From NCBI GenBank assembly GCA_963745075.1, contig CAVUWV010000024.1, positions 384,001 to 448,000 on the forward strand: DNA of 64,000 nt. The letters run 5' to 3'. The stretch is from Candidatus Hydrogenedentota bacterium. Its GTDB lineage: Bacteria; Hydrogenedentota; Hydrogenedentia; Hydrogenedentales; SLHB01. The notes beneath the pieces are model-generated. The model had not been told where the DNA came from, ran no database searches, and saw only the letters and a program-made list of their open reading frames with translations. This document shows, one piece after another, positions 51,668 through 61,504 of the stretch (within the stretch, counting starts at the first letter, position 1; every line of letters starts with the position of its first letter). A program made the translations under genes and the position numbers.

Positions 51668-52749
51668 ATCGAGACCGACTTGGACCTATCCGTTTTCACG
51701 AGCAGTACTTTGAGCGCATCTGGGGCGGCCGGCGATTGGAATCCATGTTCGGGAAGAAACTCCCGGCTGATGTTCCCATCGGCGAAGCGTGGATGATTTC
51801 GGACCATCCCAGCGCGGAAAGCGTCGTCGCCGAAGGTCCGTTCCAGGGAAGGACCCTGCACGCGCTCCTGGACGATGATGCCGAAGCCATTCTCGGCTCG
51901 CGCGCCCGCCTCACCATTCACGGGAGATTTCCGCTCCTCCTGAAGATTCTCGATTCCACCGACTGGCTGTCCGTTCAGGTGCATCCCGACGACCCCTGCG
52001 CGACGCGCCTGGGCGAACCCGACGTCGGCAAGACCGAAATGTGGCACGTATTGCACGCCGACCCGGGCAGTCAACTCATCTGCGGATTGGACCCTCGCGT
52101 CAACGCCGACGAGTTCATCGATGCGGCCCGGAATGGCCAACTCGATGAATTGCTGCCACGATTTCAAGTCGTTCCCGGCGACTCGGTGTTCGTCCGCGCC
52201 GGTACCGTGCATGCCATCGGGGCCGGCATCGTGCTCGCCGAAATCCAGCAAAACAGCGACCTCACCTATCGCATTTTCGACTGGAACCGTGTCGATTCAT
52301 CCGGCGTAGCACGCGCCCTGCACCTGGACCAGTCACGCGAGGCGACCCACTTCGGGTCGGGGCATGGCGGTAAAGCGGTCCCTCTCAAACTTCTCGACGG
52401 ACCCGACGGGGGAGAGCGCTCTATGCTCGCCGCGTGCGAATACTTCGCCGCCGAGCGTGTCCGATTCGCATCGAAATGGCGGCGCCAGATCCGCGCCGAG
52501 TCCTTCCACCAGATCCTTTGCATCGACGGCAATGCCCGAATCGGCGCCGGCGCCGGCGCTGCTGACCTCGAACCCGGCCTCGCCTGCCTCATTCCAGGAA
52601 GCCTGCCCGAGTTTGTCGTGGAAGGGACCGGTACCATTCTCGATTACTACGTGCCCGACCTCACAAGCGATGTCGAAGTGCCACTCCGGGCCGCCGGTCA
52701 CGCGGACGCCCTGGTCCAGAGTCTTCCAGGCAAACGGCCGACAGCGTAA
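51664..52749 (+). CDS. manA: Mannose-6-phosphate isomerase, type I
   Basis: RIWGG, GEAW, FPLL.K, LSVQVHPDD, GKTE.W, GTVHA, EIQQNSD.TYR. Confidence 0.9.
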   Translation: MNRDRLGPIRFHEQYFERIWGGRRLESMFGKKLPADVPIGEAWMISDHPSAESVVAEGPFQGRTLHALLDDDAEAILGSRARLTIHGRFPLLLKILDSTDWLSVQVHPDDPCATRLGEPDVGKTEMWHVLHADPGSQLICGLDPRVNADEFIDAARNGQLDELLPRFQVVPGDSVFVRAGTVHAIGAGIVLAEIQQNSDLTYRIFDWNRVDSSGVARALHLDQSREATHFGSGHGGKAVPLKLLDGPDGGERSMLAACEYFAAERVRFASKWRRQIRAESFHQILCIDGNARIGAGAGAADLEPGLACLIPGSLPEFVVEGTGTILDYYVPDLTSDVEVPLRAAGHADALVQSLPGKRPTA

Positions 52750-52910
52750 ACGGAATTGACGCCCACCCCAATAATCCGGACCTCTTGCACCCGCATCTGT
52801 CTCATATTGGAACGCACTGGCTCTTTCTTCCCATTGACTACTACCTTACTGACAAATCAAAGTTTAATGGTGCTCGGTTAGCTTGAATGCCAAGGGCAGG
52901 AAGGTCAGCG

Positions 52911-53510
52911 ATGCGGCGCGAGGATGCAAAGCTGGTCCAGCTCTGCCTGGACGGTGACACGGAAGCATTCGGCCGGCTCGTCGATTTCTACCAAGGCGCG
53001 GTCTACGCCACGGCCTATTATTACGTCGGCCGACACGGCGCGGCGGAAGACATCGCTCAGGAGTCCTTCCTGCAGGCCTATCGAAGCCTGCGCCGGTTGC
53101 GTGACCCAAACCGATTTGGTCCGTGGGTCCGCGAAATCACCTGCCGGACCGCTGCCAACTGGCTCCGAAAACACGCGCCGCGGTTGAAGCACGAAACCCC
53201 GCTGCCGCATAAGCGAACCGTTTCCATCGAGGATGCCCGGCAAGGGCCCGCGGCCCGGCTCGAACGGCTCGAGCAATACGACCGCGTTCGCCAGGCAATC
53301 GACGAATTGCCCGAGCGGTACCGGCCGGTGGTGGTGCTACGGTACCTCCAGGAACTGAGCTACCAGGAGATTGGCGATTTTACCGGCGATAGTGTCGACG
53401 AGGTTCGCGCCATTTTGCAGCGCGCGGGCCGGATGTTGCGAGACTTGCTCGTCGGAGATAAGACCGAATTGGATGAGGATAATCGGCAGTGGCCTCGTGC
53501 ACGCGAATAG
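52911..53510 (+). CDS. ECF RNA polymerase sigma factor
   Basis: AEDIAQESFLQAY, LPERYR.VVVLRY.QELSYQEI. Confidence 0.92.
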   Translation: MRREDAKLVQLCLDGDTEAFGRLVDFYQGAVYATAYYYVGRHGAAEDIAQESFLQAYRSLRRLRDPNRFGPWVREITCRTAANWLRKHAPRLKHETPLPHKRTVSIEDARQGPAARLERLEQYDRVRQAIDELPERYRPVVVLRYLQELSYQEIGDFTGDSVDEVRAILQRAGRMLRDLLVGDKTELDEDNRQWPRARE

Positions 53511-54811
53511 AGAATAGCCTCCAAACCCGGATCGACGGCGAACTCGGCGATGCGGAGCGCGTGATTCTCGAACAGCATATCGCCGAGTGTCCCCACTGCG
53601 CCCAGTTGCTGCGCGACCATCAGTGGCTTTCCGCCCTGTTGTTCGAAGCCTTCTCCGTCGATCGGCTGACGCACCCGATCCGGCAGGCAGTCTTGGAACG
53701 GCTCCCCGAAATGGAAGTTCCGCCTCCCGAAATCGAGGATCTCAACTGGCGTGCCAAGCATCCCAACAAATGGTCCCATCGTATGGCGCACGTGGTCCCG
53801 GTGGCCGCGGTGGCTATCCTCGTATTCCTGACCATTATCCTGCGGTTCAGCTATCCGGACGACCCGTCCTATTTCAACGTGTACCGGCCCGAACGGCCAG
53901 CCGTGGGGGTTGTCACCCAGTTGCATGGCGAACCCATGCGAATTGCCCTGGAAGAAACACGCCGGATGCCGACCGCTTTGACAACCTTGGCCCGTCCCGG
54001 CGACCGCTTTGAAACGACCGCAGGCACCCAAATGATGCTGTCGCTCGCGGGGCCCACACTGGTGAAGCTGGACGAAAACACTCGGCTCAAGGTGTCCGAC
54101 GCTCGTCGGCTCAGTGTCGAGAGCGGGACTATCTGGCTCGATGTCGCCCACGATGGCAGTCTCTTCAAAGTACTGACCCCCGCCGGGATGGTTACCGTAT
54201 TTGGCACGGTCTTCAGCGTCCGCGTGGACGGCGATCGGATGACCGTAACGGTTGAATCCGGCCATGTCCAGGTAGAAAGCGGCGAGCATTTGTACCAGTT
54301 GCACGACAACCAGCAGGTCATGGTCAGCCCATCGGAAGCGCCTGCCGGACCGCATGAAGTCGACGCTTCGGAAGTTCATCGCTGGGCCGCTGCCATCCAA
54401 CCGGACCAGACGGCACAAGCGTTCTTTGAGGAAATCGTCGATGAATCGGCGAACTCGGAGGAACTCCCCGGTCGAATCGCCTTTGTGATCGACACCTTAC
54501 AGGACGGTCGGACCAGCGAAGTCGATGCCATCAGGATTTATTGGGATACCAACAACTTGCCCGAAAATGGCGCTTCGTACGACGTGACGGTTTCTGACGG
54601 GTCGGGACGCTTGCTTCGCCAGGCACGCCTGACCGCCGACCTTATCCGAAACCGAAAGGACGGATACTTCGATGTGATTCTGGATGAACCGATTCGACGG
54701 GTCCGCACACTCGTCGTTCGACTGATCCCCGATCTGAAATCAGGGCTGGAGGAAATCGATTCGTTCGAAGTGAAAGCGCGGACACGAGCCGAACAGTTGA
54801 AGCTCCAATAG
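53489..54811 (+). CDS. Anti-sigma factor with zf-HC2 and FecR-like periplasmic domain
   Basis: HIAECPHC zinc motif, TM helix, F.V.TPAG.VTV.GT.F.V and VESG.V FecR motifs. Confidence 0.85.
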   Translation: MASCTRIENSLQTRIDGELGDAERVILEQHIAECPHCAQLLRDHQWLSALLFEAFSVDRLTHPIRQAVLERLPEMEVPPPEIEDLNWRAKHPNKWSHRMAHVVPVAAVAILVFLTIILRFSYPDDPSYFNVYRPERPAVGVVTQLHGEPMRIALEETRRMPTALTTLARPGDRFETTAGTQMMLSLAGPTLVKLDENTRLKVSDARRLSVESGTIWLDVAHDGSLFKVLTPAGMVTVFGTVFSVRVDGDRMTVTVESGHVQVESGEHLYQLHDNQQVMVSPSEAPAGPHEVDASEVHRWAAAIQPDQTAQAFFEEIVDESANSEELPGRIAFVIDTLQDGRTSEVDAIRIYWDTNNLPENGASYDVTVSDGSGRLLRQARLTADLIRNRKDGYFDVILDEPIRRVRTLVVRLIPDLKSGLEEIDSFEVKARTRAEQLKLQ

Positions 54812-54828
54812 TTGAATTTTGCTCAGGC

Positions 54829-54988
54829 CGGAGAGGCGAAGTGGCGAGGAGATTACGTTACAAGTCTACCTCAAGTCACTCCTTCCCCAAGAGTAACTGC
54901 AGCCAGGAATCCTTGTTGCTTCGCCTCTCCGCTGACCCTTATTAAACCAGCCCGCCGGGACGCTCGGTCATTAGTCCCGGTGGGTTGG
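54829..54988. other. Two long intergenic hairpins (possible structured RNA)
   Basis: CGGAGAGGCGAAG (54829-54841) / CTTCGCCTCTCCG (54919-54931); CCAGCCCGCCGGGAC (54947-54961) / GTCCCGGTGGGTTGG (54974-54988). Confidence 0.5.
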
Positions 54989-54994
54989 GATTGC

Positions 54995-55032
54995 AAAAAT
55001 AAAGACCGTAGCCGTCGGGGTCGGCTACGGTC
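54995..55032 (-). terminator. Intrinsic terminator (minus strand)
   Basis: 11 bp stem GACCGTAGCCG/CGGCTACGGTC followed on the minus strand by TTTATTTTT. Confidence 0.8.
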
Positions 55033-55102
55033 CTAAAACCACAGACTCAGCCACAAAATACGTACTAGCTGCTCGGTAAGCTGGTGCGTACGCCTTGTCT
55101 GC
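54995..55102 (-). ncRNA. Candidate small RNA (~108 nt) of unknown family
   Basis: Bounded by a minus-strand promoter and an intrinsic terminator; internal stems use G-U pairs on this strand; no plausible ORF. Confidence 0.55.
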
Positions 55103-55108
55103 ACACAA

Positions 55109-55137
55109 ATTGTACCATCGATTTTTCAAATCCGCAA
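55109..55137 (-). promoter_or_regulatory. sigma70-type promoter for the candidate sRNA
   Basis: Minus strand TTGCGG, 17 bp spacer, TACAAT with extended TG. Confidence 0.6.
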
Positions 55138-55417
55138 ACGCACAATACGCTACCCAATTCCTTTTTTCACTTTGCTTGCATTGCTGAATTTGCGGGTTTT
55201 TCGTTCCTGCGACGCGCGCGCTGCCCATTGGATCTGCATCCACCAACTTGCTCGCCCGGAAAGACCGTTTGGAATTGCAGCACGTACCCCATATTGACAA
55301 CGTGACGTACTCCACTCCGAATGCTTCACCTCGCGAAAGAAGACGATGACCGGGGTGACCCGTGTAGAAAAAGCGCCCGGGGGACGATGGTTGGCAATCG
55401 GGTGTGACGGTTCCTCC

Positions 55418-55446
55418 TTGACTCGTAATCGGCCCCACGCCATAAT
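55418..55446 (+). promoter_or_regulatory. sigma70 promoter upstream of the HtrA operon
   Basis: TTGACT, 17 bp spacer, CATAAT. Confidence 0.6.
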
Positions 55447-55581
55447 GTGGCCAGTGCGCCAGATCGCTGCAAATGGACGTTTTATGCTTACGATTCATCG
55501 CCAATCGAGTCGCGTTCGCTCGGGTCCGTTCCTCGTTGATTCTGGCGCGTTGAAACTTTCCCAAACCACAAGGAAATCCCC

Positions 55582-57651
55582 ATGGAGTTCAGTCTTTCCC
55601 GGATAGCCGCACGGTTGACCGTATTGTGTCTTGCTGTAATGCTTTTGGTGGGTCCGCCCGTCGCCGCGCAGGAGGTGCCCGATTCCATCCGCTCGGCCGT
55701 CGACGTTGCCATTGCCAAGGTCAAACCCGCCCTCGTCCGAATCGCGGTAGTCTGGACCGATTACCGCGACGGCCGCGAAACCAAATACGAAGCCACCGGC
55801 AGCGGCACCATTATCACCGGCGAGGGCCATATCGTCACCAATCACCACGTTGCCGGACATGCGACGCGCATGTTCTGCACCTTGTCCACCCGCGAAGTCA
55901 TCGAGGCCGAATTGGTCGGCAGCGACCCGCAAACCGACATCGCGGTAATTAAGCTCAAGTCCGACGGTTCCCGCATCTTCCCTACGGCCACATTCGGCGA
56001 CTCGGACGCAATGCGCGTCGGAGACTACGTGCTTGCTATGGGAAGTCCCATGGCGCTGTCGCAGTCTGTGACCCTCGGTATCGTGAGCAATACCGAACTC
56101 GTGATTCCCGGGCGCATGGGCCGCTGGGGCGCGTTTACGCTGGACGGAGAAGACGTGGGATCCCTCGTCCGTTGGATCGGCCACGACGCCGACATTTACG
56201 GCGGCAATTCCGGCGGGCCGCTCGTTAACCTGCGCGGCGAAATCGTCGGGATTAACGAAATCCGAATCGGATTGAGCGGCGCGATCCCGGGCAACCTGGC
56301 CAAACGCGTGGCCCACGAACTGATCGAACACGGCCAAGTCACACGGAGTTGGCTCGGATTGGCCGTGCAACCGCAACTCCGTTCCTCCGACCTACGCCGC
56401 GGCGTGCTCGTGCGCGAAGCCCTGAAGGATTCGCCCGCAGACAAAGCCGGGTTCAAGTCCGGAGATCTGCTGACGAAGATAAACGGGACCGAGGTCAACG
56501 TGCGGTTTGAAGAGCAATTGCCCGAATTCAACGCGTTAGTCGCCGGTCTTCCCGTTGGCAAGCCCGTGGATGCGGTCGTGTTGCGGGACGGCAAGGAAGT
56601 CACCTTGACCGTGACACCGACCAAATATGAGAAAGTCGAACCGAAAGAACAGGAGTTCAAACAATGGGGCATCACGGGACGTGACCTCTCCTTCGTGAAT
56701 GCCAAGGAAATGCAACGCGACTCGACCGACGGCGTTTACGTCACCACCTTGAACCCGGGAGGCCCCGCCGGTGAAGCCAAACCGTCGTTGAACCGGGGCG
56801 ATGTCATCGTTTCCGTCAACGGCAACCATATCAAGGATGTGGCGACGTTGCGGGATCTCACCAGTCAGATCACCGAAGGCAAAAAGGAACCCACGCCCGC
56901 TATGGTGGAATTCGAACGCAAGGCTTCCAAGTACGTCACCGTCGTACAAGTGGGAATCAAGGAACTCCTCGAGCCTGCCAAGGAAGTTCAAAAAGCCTGG
57001 CTGCCGATCAGCACGCAGGTGATTACGCGTGACATGGCGAAGGAAATCGGTATGCCGGATTTGACCGGACACCGCATCACGCAAGTCTACCCCGGGACCA
57101 CGGCAGAAGCGGCGGGCCTGCAAGTGGGCGATCTGATTTACGCGATCGACGGTGAACCCATGGAGGCCTCCCGTCCGGAAGACTACGAAGAACTGGATAC
57201 CTGGATCCGACAGTACAAGATCGGCAGCACGGCCGAGATTAGCCTGTACCGTAACGGCGAAAAGATGACCGTTCCCGTCGAACTCGTAACCACCCCGCGG
57301 CTCAGCCGCGAGATGAAGTCATACGACGATTTGAATTTCGAATTCACCGTCCGCGATATCACCTTCCTCGACAAAGTGAATGAGAAATGGGATCTCGACA
57401 AGACCGGCGTCCTGGTTACGAAGGTCGAGCCCGGCAGTTGGGCGGCGCTCGGTGAACTGGATGTCGGCGATCTGATCGTGAGTGTTGACGGCGTACCCGT
57501 TCCCGATGTCGATACCCTGGAAGCCCGCATGAAAGAGATCCAGGATGGCAAGAAGAAGAACGTCGTGTTCCTGGTTGAACGCGGCATTCACCGTGCATTC
57601 CTCGAGTTTGAACCCGAGTGGGACGCCACCGCGTCCGAAGGAAAGGAGTAA
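55582..57651 (+). CDS. HtrA/DegP-like serine protease with multiple (about 4) PDZ domains
   Basis: Signal peptide; TNHHV (His), DIAV (Asp), GNSGGP (Ser); repeated A..AG...GD.I PDZ motifs. Confidence 0.9.
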   Translation: MEFSLSRIAARLTVLCLAVMLLVGPPVAAQEVPDSIRSAVDVAIAKVKPALVRIAVVWTDYRDGRETKYEATGSGTIITGEGHIVTNHHVAGHATRMFCTLSTREVIEAELVGSDPQTDIAVIKLKSDGSRIFPTATFGDSDAMRVGDYVLAMGSPMALSQSVTLGIVSNTELVIPGRMGRWGAFTLDGEDVGSLVRWIGHDADIYGGNSGGPLVNLRGEIVGINEIRIGLSGAIPGNLAKRVAHELIEHGQVTRSWLGLAVQPQLRSSDLRRGVLVREALKDSPADKAGFKSGDLLTKINGTEVNVRFEEQLPEFNALVAGLPVGKPVDAVVLRDGKEVTLTVTPTKYEKVEPKEQEFKQWGITGRDLSFVNAKEMQRDSTDGVYVTTLNPGGPAGEAKPSLNRGDVIVSVNGNHIKDVATLRDLTSQITEGKKEPTPAMVEFERKASKYVTVVQVGIKELLEPAKEVQKAWLPISTQVITRDMAKEIGMPDLTGHRITQVYPGTTAEAAGLQVGDLIYAIDGEPMEASRPEDYEELDTWIRQYKIGSTAEISLYRNGEKMTVPVELVTTPRLSREMKSYDDLNFEFTVRDITFLDKVNEKWDLDKTGVLVTKVEPGSWAALGELDVGDLIVSVDGVPVPDVDTLEARMKEIQDGKKKNVVFLVERGIHRAFLEFEPEWDATASEGKE

Positions 57652-57654
57652 CTC

Positions 57655-58596
57655 ATGACCCGGAGTCTGATGGGCCTCGTGATAGCCGTTGCGCTTGCGA
57701 TGGAGAGTTCCGTGGTATCCGCGGACGAACTCGCGCAGCAAGGGCGGAAGGTGCTGGATCAGTACAAAAAGAGCGTCGTGACCATCAATCTGGTCATCAA
57801 ACAGCAGTATTCAATGCCCGGTTTCGGCTCGCAGGATCAAGAATCCAAGGAAGAAGCAACCGGCACGGTCATCGATTCCTCGGGGTTAACCGTCGTGGCA
57901 CTTAGCACGACCGATCCCACCAGCATGATTCAGGGCATGATGGAAATGAGCGGCGACGATATGCAGGGATTCCAGATGTCCAGCCAGGTGACGGATCTCA
58001 AGATCCTCATGGACGACGGAACGGAGATCCCGGGGCAGATCGTCCTGCGCGATAAGGATCTCGATCTCGCCTTCATCCGGCCCAAGGAGCCGCTGAAGGA
58101 GCCGATGACCGCCATCAATCTGAAGGATGCGACGACGCCGGAAATCCTCGACCCCGTCTTCACCCTCGCCAAGTTGGGCCGGGTCGCGGGCCGTGAATAC
58201 GCGGTGTCAATCGAGCGCATAAACGCGATCGTCTCCAAACCCCGCACCTTCTATATTCCCGGAAACGATCCGACCCAGACCGACCTCGGGTCTCCCGTAT
58301 TCAACACGGAAGGCAAGGCCGTCGGCGTGTTTGTTATGCGCACGGTCAAAGGTTCCGGCGGCGGCATGATGTCCATGATGCGCGGCATGAACGATACGTC
58401 AATGGCGATCATCGTGCCCGCCTCGGATATCGCCGATGTCGCCCAGCAGGCCCCCGAGAAAGCCGAAGAGGTTGAGGAAGCCCCGGCCGCCGAGGAAGCT
58501 CCCGCCAAAGAGGAGGCCCCGGCGAAGGAGGAAGCTCCGGCCACGGAAGGAGCCGGAGAAGCGGCCGCGCCCTCGGGCGAGACCGGCAACGGCTAA
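57655..58596 (+). CDS. Exported trypsin-fold protein lacking catalytic His/Ser (pseudo-protease)
   Basis: TGTVIDSSGL.V, DLDLAFIR, LGSPVFN.EG..VG trypsin-2 pattern; acidic EEAPA repeat tail. Confidence 0.7.
   Translation: MTRSLMGLVIAVALAMESSVVSADELAQQGRKVLDQYKKSVVTINLVIKQQYSMPGFGSQDQESKEEATGTVIDSSGLTVVALSTTDPTSMIQGMMEMSGDDMQGFQMSSQVTDLKILMDDGTEIPGQIVLRDKDLDLAFIRPKEPLKEPMTAINLKDATTPEILDPVFTLAKLGRVAGREYAVSIERINAIVSKPRTFYIPGNDPTQTDLGSPVFNTEGKAVGVFVMRTVKGSGGGMMSMMRGMNDTSMAIIVPASDIADVAQQAPEKAEEVEEAPAAEEAPAKEEAPAKEEAPATEGAGEAAAPSGETGNG
58474..58545 (+). repeat. Coding 18-bp tandem repeat (EEAPAx) x4
   Basis: EEAPAA EEAPAK EEAPAK EEAPAT. Confidence 0.8.
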
Positions 58597-58598
58597 TC

Positions 58599-59726
58599 GT
58601 GATTCGAAACCGCAATGTTGGGACGTGCCTCGCGGCGGTCGCGGTCACGGTAGCCTGCGCTCTGTCCGCCGCCGCGGGTATCGTGCCGGACGAGTCCTTG
58701 GCGGTGCTCGATTTGCCTCCGGGAGATGCGAACCCGCGCAATTCCGAGGGCGATTTCGTACCACTGAACGATGGGCGTATTCTCTTCGTCTATACCCATT
58801 TCACCGGCAGCGGGAGTGACTTCGGGTCCGCGCATCTCGCGGGCCGCTACACGTCCGACCGCGGGAAGACGTGGACGGACGACGCGATCGTCGTTCCGAA
58901 TGAAGGCGGGATGAACGTCATGTCCGTGTCGCTCCTGCGGCTCGCGAACGGCGAAATCGCGTTGTTGTACCTTCGCAAAAACTCACGGTCCGATTGCCGG
59001 CCCGTGCTCCGGATCTCGACAGATGAGGCGACGACTTGGAGCGACCCCGTCGAGATTGTCGATACCCTCGGCTATTTCGTCGTGAACAACGACCGCCTCG
59101 TCCAGTTGAAGAACGGCCGTTTGCTCGTGCCCACCGCGCGCCACAGCCTGCCCGGTAAGGAATTCCAGGGGCGCGGCGCAGCCCTGTGCTACCGCTCCGA
59201 CGATTCCGGTCACACGTGGCGGCCCAGCGATACCATTCTCGAAGCGCCCGAAGACAGCAAGACCGGTCTGCAGGAACCGCTCGTGGTCGAGTTGTCCGAT
59301 GGCCGGGTCTGGATGTTGGCACGCACCGACCAGGGATGCCAGATGCAATCGTTCAGTGACGACGGCGGGATTACGTGGTCACCGGTAAACCGCACGGATA
59401 TCATTTCTCCCGTGTCGCCCGCGACCGTCGAGCGAATACCCGGGACGGACGACGTGTTGATGGTCTGGAACGACCATCGTGGTATCGACCCGGCGCTTGC
59501 CGGCAAGCGCACGCCTCTGACGGCGGCTGTTTCGCACGATGACGGCGCCACGTGGGAGCACCGGCTCGTGCTCGAGGATCTCCCCACGGGGTGGTACTGC
59601 TATACGGCCATGCTTTTTACCGGCAACGACGTGCTGCTCGAGTACTGCGCGGGCGATACCGCGCACGAAGGCGGCTTGAGCCGCGCGCGGATCGTGCGCG
59701 TGCCGATCGATCGGTTTAGGGACTAG
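58599..59726 (+). CDS. Sialidase-like BNR/Asp-box repeat protein, exported
   Basis: Several S.D.G.TW Asp-boxes; RNSEG, QEP, RTPL, YCY motifs; signal peptide. Confidence 0.85.
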   Translation: MIRNRNVGTCLAAVAVTVACALSAAAGIVPDESLAVLDLPPGDANPRNSEGDFVPLNDGRILFVYTHFTGSGSDFGSAHLAGRYTSDRGKTWTDDAIVVPNEGGMNVMSVSLLRLANGEIALLYLRKNSRSDCRPVLRISTDEATTWSDPVEIVDTLGYFVVNNDRLVQLKNGRLLVPTARHSLPGKEFQGRGAALCYRSDDSGHTWRPSDTILEAPEDSKTGLQEPLVVELSDGRVWMLARTDQGCQMQSFSDDGGITWSPVNRTDIISPVSPATVERIPGTDDVLMVWNDHRGIDPALAGKRTPLTAAVSHDDGATWEHRLVLEDLPTGWYCYTAMLFTGNDVLLEYCAGDTAHEGGLSRARIVRVPIDRFRD

Positions 59727-59867
59727 CGGAACCCAACCGAAATTCGGGAAATGTTTGGGACGCCCCGGCTGTTGCATAGCAGGCGGCAGGGGATTGTGCA
59801 GCGGGCGTGCTGTCGCGCATAAGCTTGTCCCGGCGTAAGTGCACAGCAGTGGCGGTATGGACGAATC

Positions 59868-60608
59868 ATGGAGCATCTGGCAGGGAAGACCGCGCTCGTA
59901 ACGGGCGCCGCACATCGCATCGGCCGCGCAATTGCCACGGCGCTGGCCGATGCCGGCGCGAACGTCGTGGTTCATTACCAGTCGTCGCGTGTGGAAGCCG
60001 AGCGACTCGTAGGTGACCTTGCGAGCGCGGGCGTTCAGGGGTGGACCGTTCGCGCGGACCTCAGCAAACCCGCGGAGTCGGCCGCCCTCATCGAACGGAC
60101 GCTATCCAAGACGGGCGGTCTGGACATTCTCGTGAACAACGCATCAACGTTTCCCGAGTCCACCTTGACCGATTTCGCATCGCAAGATTTGCACGCCAGC
60201 ATTGACGTAAATGCACTGGGCCCGTTCATGCTGGCGCGATCGTTTCATCAACTTGGTCGCGGCGGCGTCGTAGTGAACCTGTTGGACTGCATGATCGCGG
60301 ATTACGACCGCAAACATGTGGCCTATCATCTGAGCAAGCGAATGCTGTTTTCGTTGACCCGCATGATGGCTGTCGAGTTCGCGCCGGACGTCAGGGTCAA
60401 CGGCGTGGCGCCGGGACTCGTGCTGCCGCCGCCCGGGAAAGACGATTCATACCTCGCCGGCTTGGCGTCGTCGAACCCCTTGAACGCCGTGGGCACCGTC
60501 GACGACGTGGCGGAGGCGGTGGTATTCTTGGCACGCAGCACCTTTGTCACCGGGCAGGTGATTTATGTAGACGGCGGACGCAACCTGCGGGGAGCACTGT
60601 ATGGCTGA
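59868..60608 (+). CDS. SDR oxidoreductase, pteridine reductase/FolM-like
   Basis: TGAAHRIG, VHY..S, NNAS.F, Y.LSK, VNGVAPG; adjacent to folB. Confidence 0.85.
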   Translation: MEHLAGKTALVTGAAHRIGRAIATALADAGANVVVHYQSSRVEAERLVGDLASAGVQGWTVRADLSKPAESAALIERTLSKTGGLDILVNNASTFPESTLTDFASQDLHASIDVNALGPFMLARSFHQLGRGGVVVNLLDCMIADYDRKHVAYHLSKRMLFSLTRMMAVEFAPDVRVNGVAPGLVLPPPGKDDSYLAGLASSNPLNAVGTVDDVAEAVVFLARSTFVTGQVIYVDGGRNLRGALYG

Positions 60609-60978
60609 CCGGTCTTGGGACCAGATTCACATCCGAGATTTGACGTGCCGCTGCATCGTGGGAATCAACCCCGAAGAGCGGACGAATCTGCAGGATGTGA
60701 TCGTCAACGTGACGCTATATGCCAATCTGCGCGAAGCATGCGTCACGGACCGCATCGACGATACGATCGATTACAAGTCCGTGAAGCTGGCTGTGCTGGC
60801 TATGATTGAAAAATCGACGTATCATCTCATTGAACGGTTGGCCGAGCGCATCGCCGAAGTCTGCTTCGAGGATACGCGCATCGAGGCGGTGCGGGTCTCC
60901 GTCGACAAGCCCGGCGCATTGCGTTTTGCCCGCAGCGTGGCCGTGGAGATTTACCGGGAGCGTGAAACAAAGCATTGA
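60601..60978 (+). CDS. folB: Dihydroneopterin aldolase
   Basis: IVGI..EER...Q, TIDY, LIE.LAE.IA, V.KPGA. Confidence 0.9.
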   Translation: MADRSWDQIHIRDLTCRCIVGINPEERTNLQDVIVNVTLYANLREACVTDRIDDTIDYKSVKLAVLAMIEKSTYHLIERLAERIAEVCFEDTRIEAVRVSVDKPGALRFARSVAVEIYRERETKH

Positions 60979-61504
60979 TCCAAAGGTTCGAGCGGATGTG
61001 TTCGTCTCGATCGCGTCCAACATCCATCCCGAACGAAACATCCCTGACGCGTTGGAACGGCTCGCGCGTCAGGTGCGGATTCTCGGCATATCGACCTTTT
61101 ACCGGAATTCGCCGCTCGACCGCCCGGAGCAGCCCGAATATTTGAACGGCGTATGCGCGATCCAAACGAAGCGGGCGCCGCGCGCGCTCAAGTTCGAATG
61201 CCTGCGGACCATCGAGGCGGAATTGGGCCGGGTGCGAACCGGAGATAAGTTCGCCGCGCGGACCATCGATCTGGACATCGCCGTGTACGGCAGCGTGACG
61301 CTTCGGGAGACGGACTTAGTCGTGCCCGATCCCGAGATATACGAACGCCCATTTCTAGCCTGGCCCTTGTATGAACTGGCCCCGGCCCTGGTGCTGCCGG
61401 ATTCCGGCCGCGCCCTGGCGGAGGTCGTTCGATCGTTTACGAAAGCAGGGTTGACGCCGGAAGAACCATTTACGGCGGATTTACGAAAGAGGTTGCGACT
61501 ATGA
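60962..61504 (+). CDS. folK: 6-hydroxymethyl-7,8-dihydropterin pyrophosphokinase
   Basis: SIASN, YLNGV, IE..LGR.R, RTIDLDI, ER.F; GTG start with GGGAG RBS. Confidence 0.9.
   Translation: MKQSIDPKVRADVFVSIASNIHPERNIPDALERLARQVRILGISTFYRNSPLDRPEQPEYLNGVCAIQTKRAPRALKFECLRTIEAELGRVRTGDKFAARTIDLDIAVYGSVTLRETDLVVPDPEIYERPFLAWPLYELAPALVLPDSGRALAEVVRSFTKAGLTPEEPFTADLRKRLRL

Noticed and set aside
54822..54845. TCAGGCCGGAGAGG resembling SRP RNA helix 8
   Set aside because: Lacks the following AGCAG element, and the bases are used in a different long stem.
54812..55564. Small ORFs in the structured intergenic region as type I toxin candidates
   Set aside because: No RBS and no hydrophobic helix; they cross hairpins and promoters.
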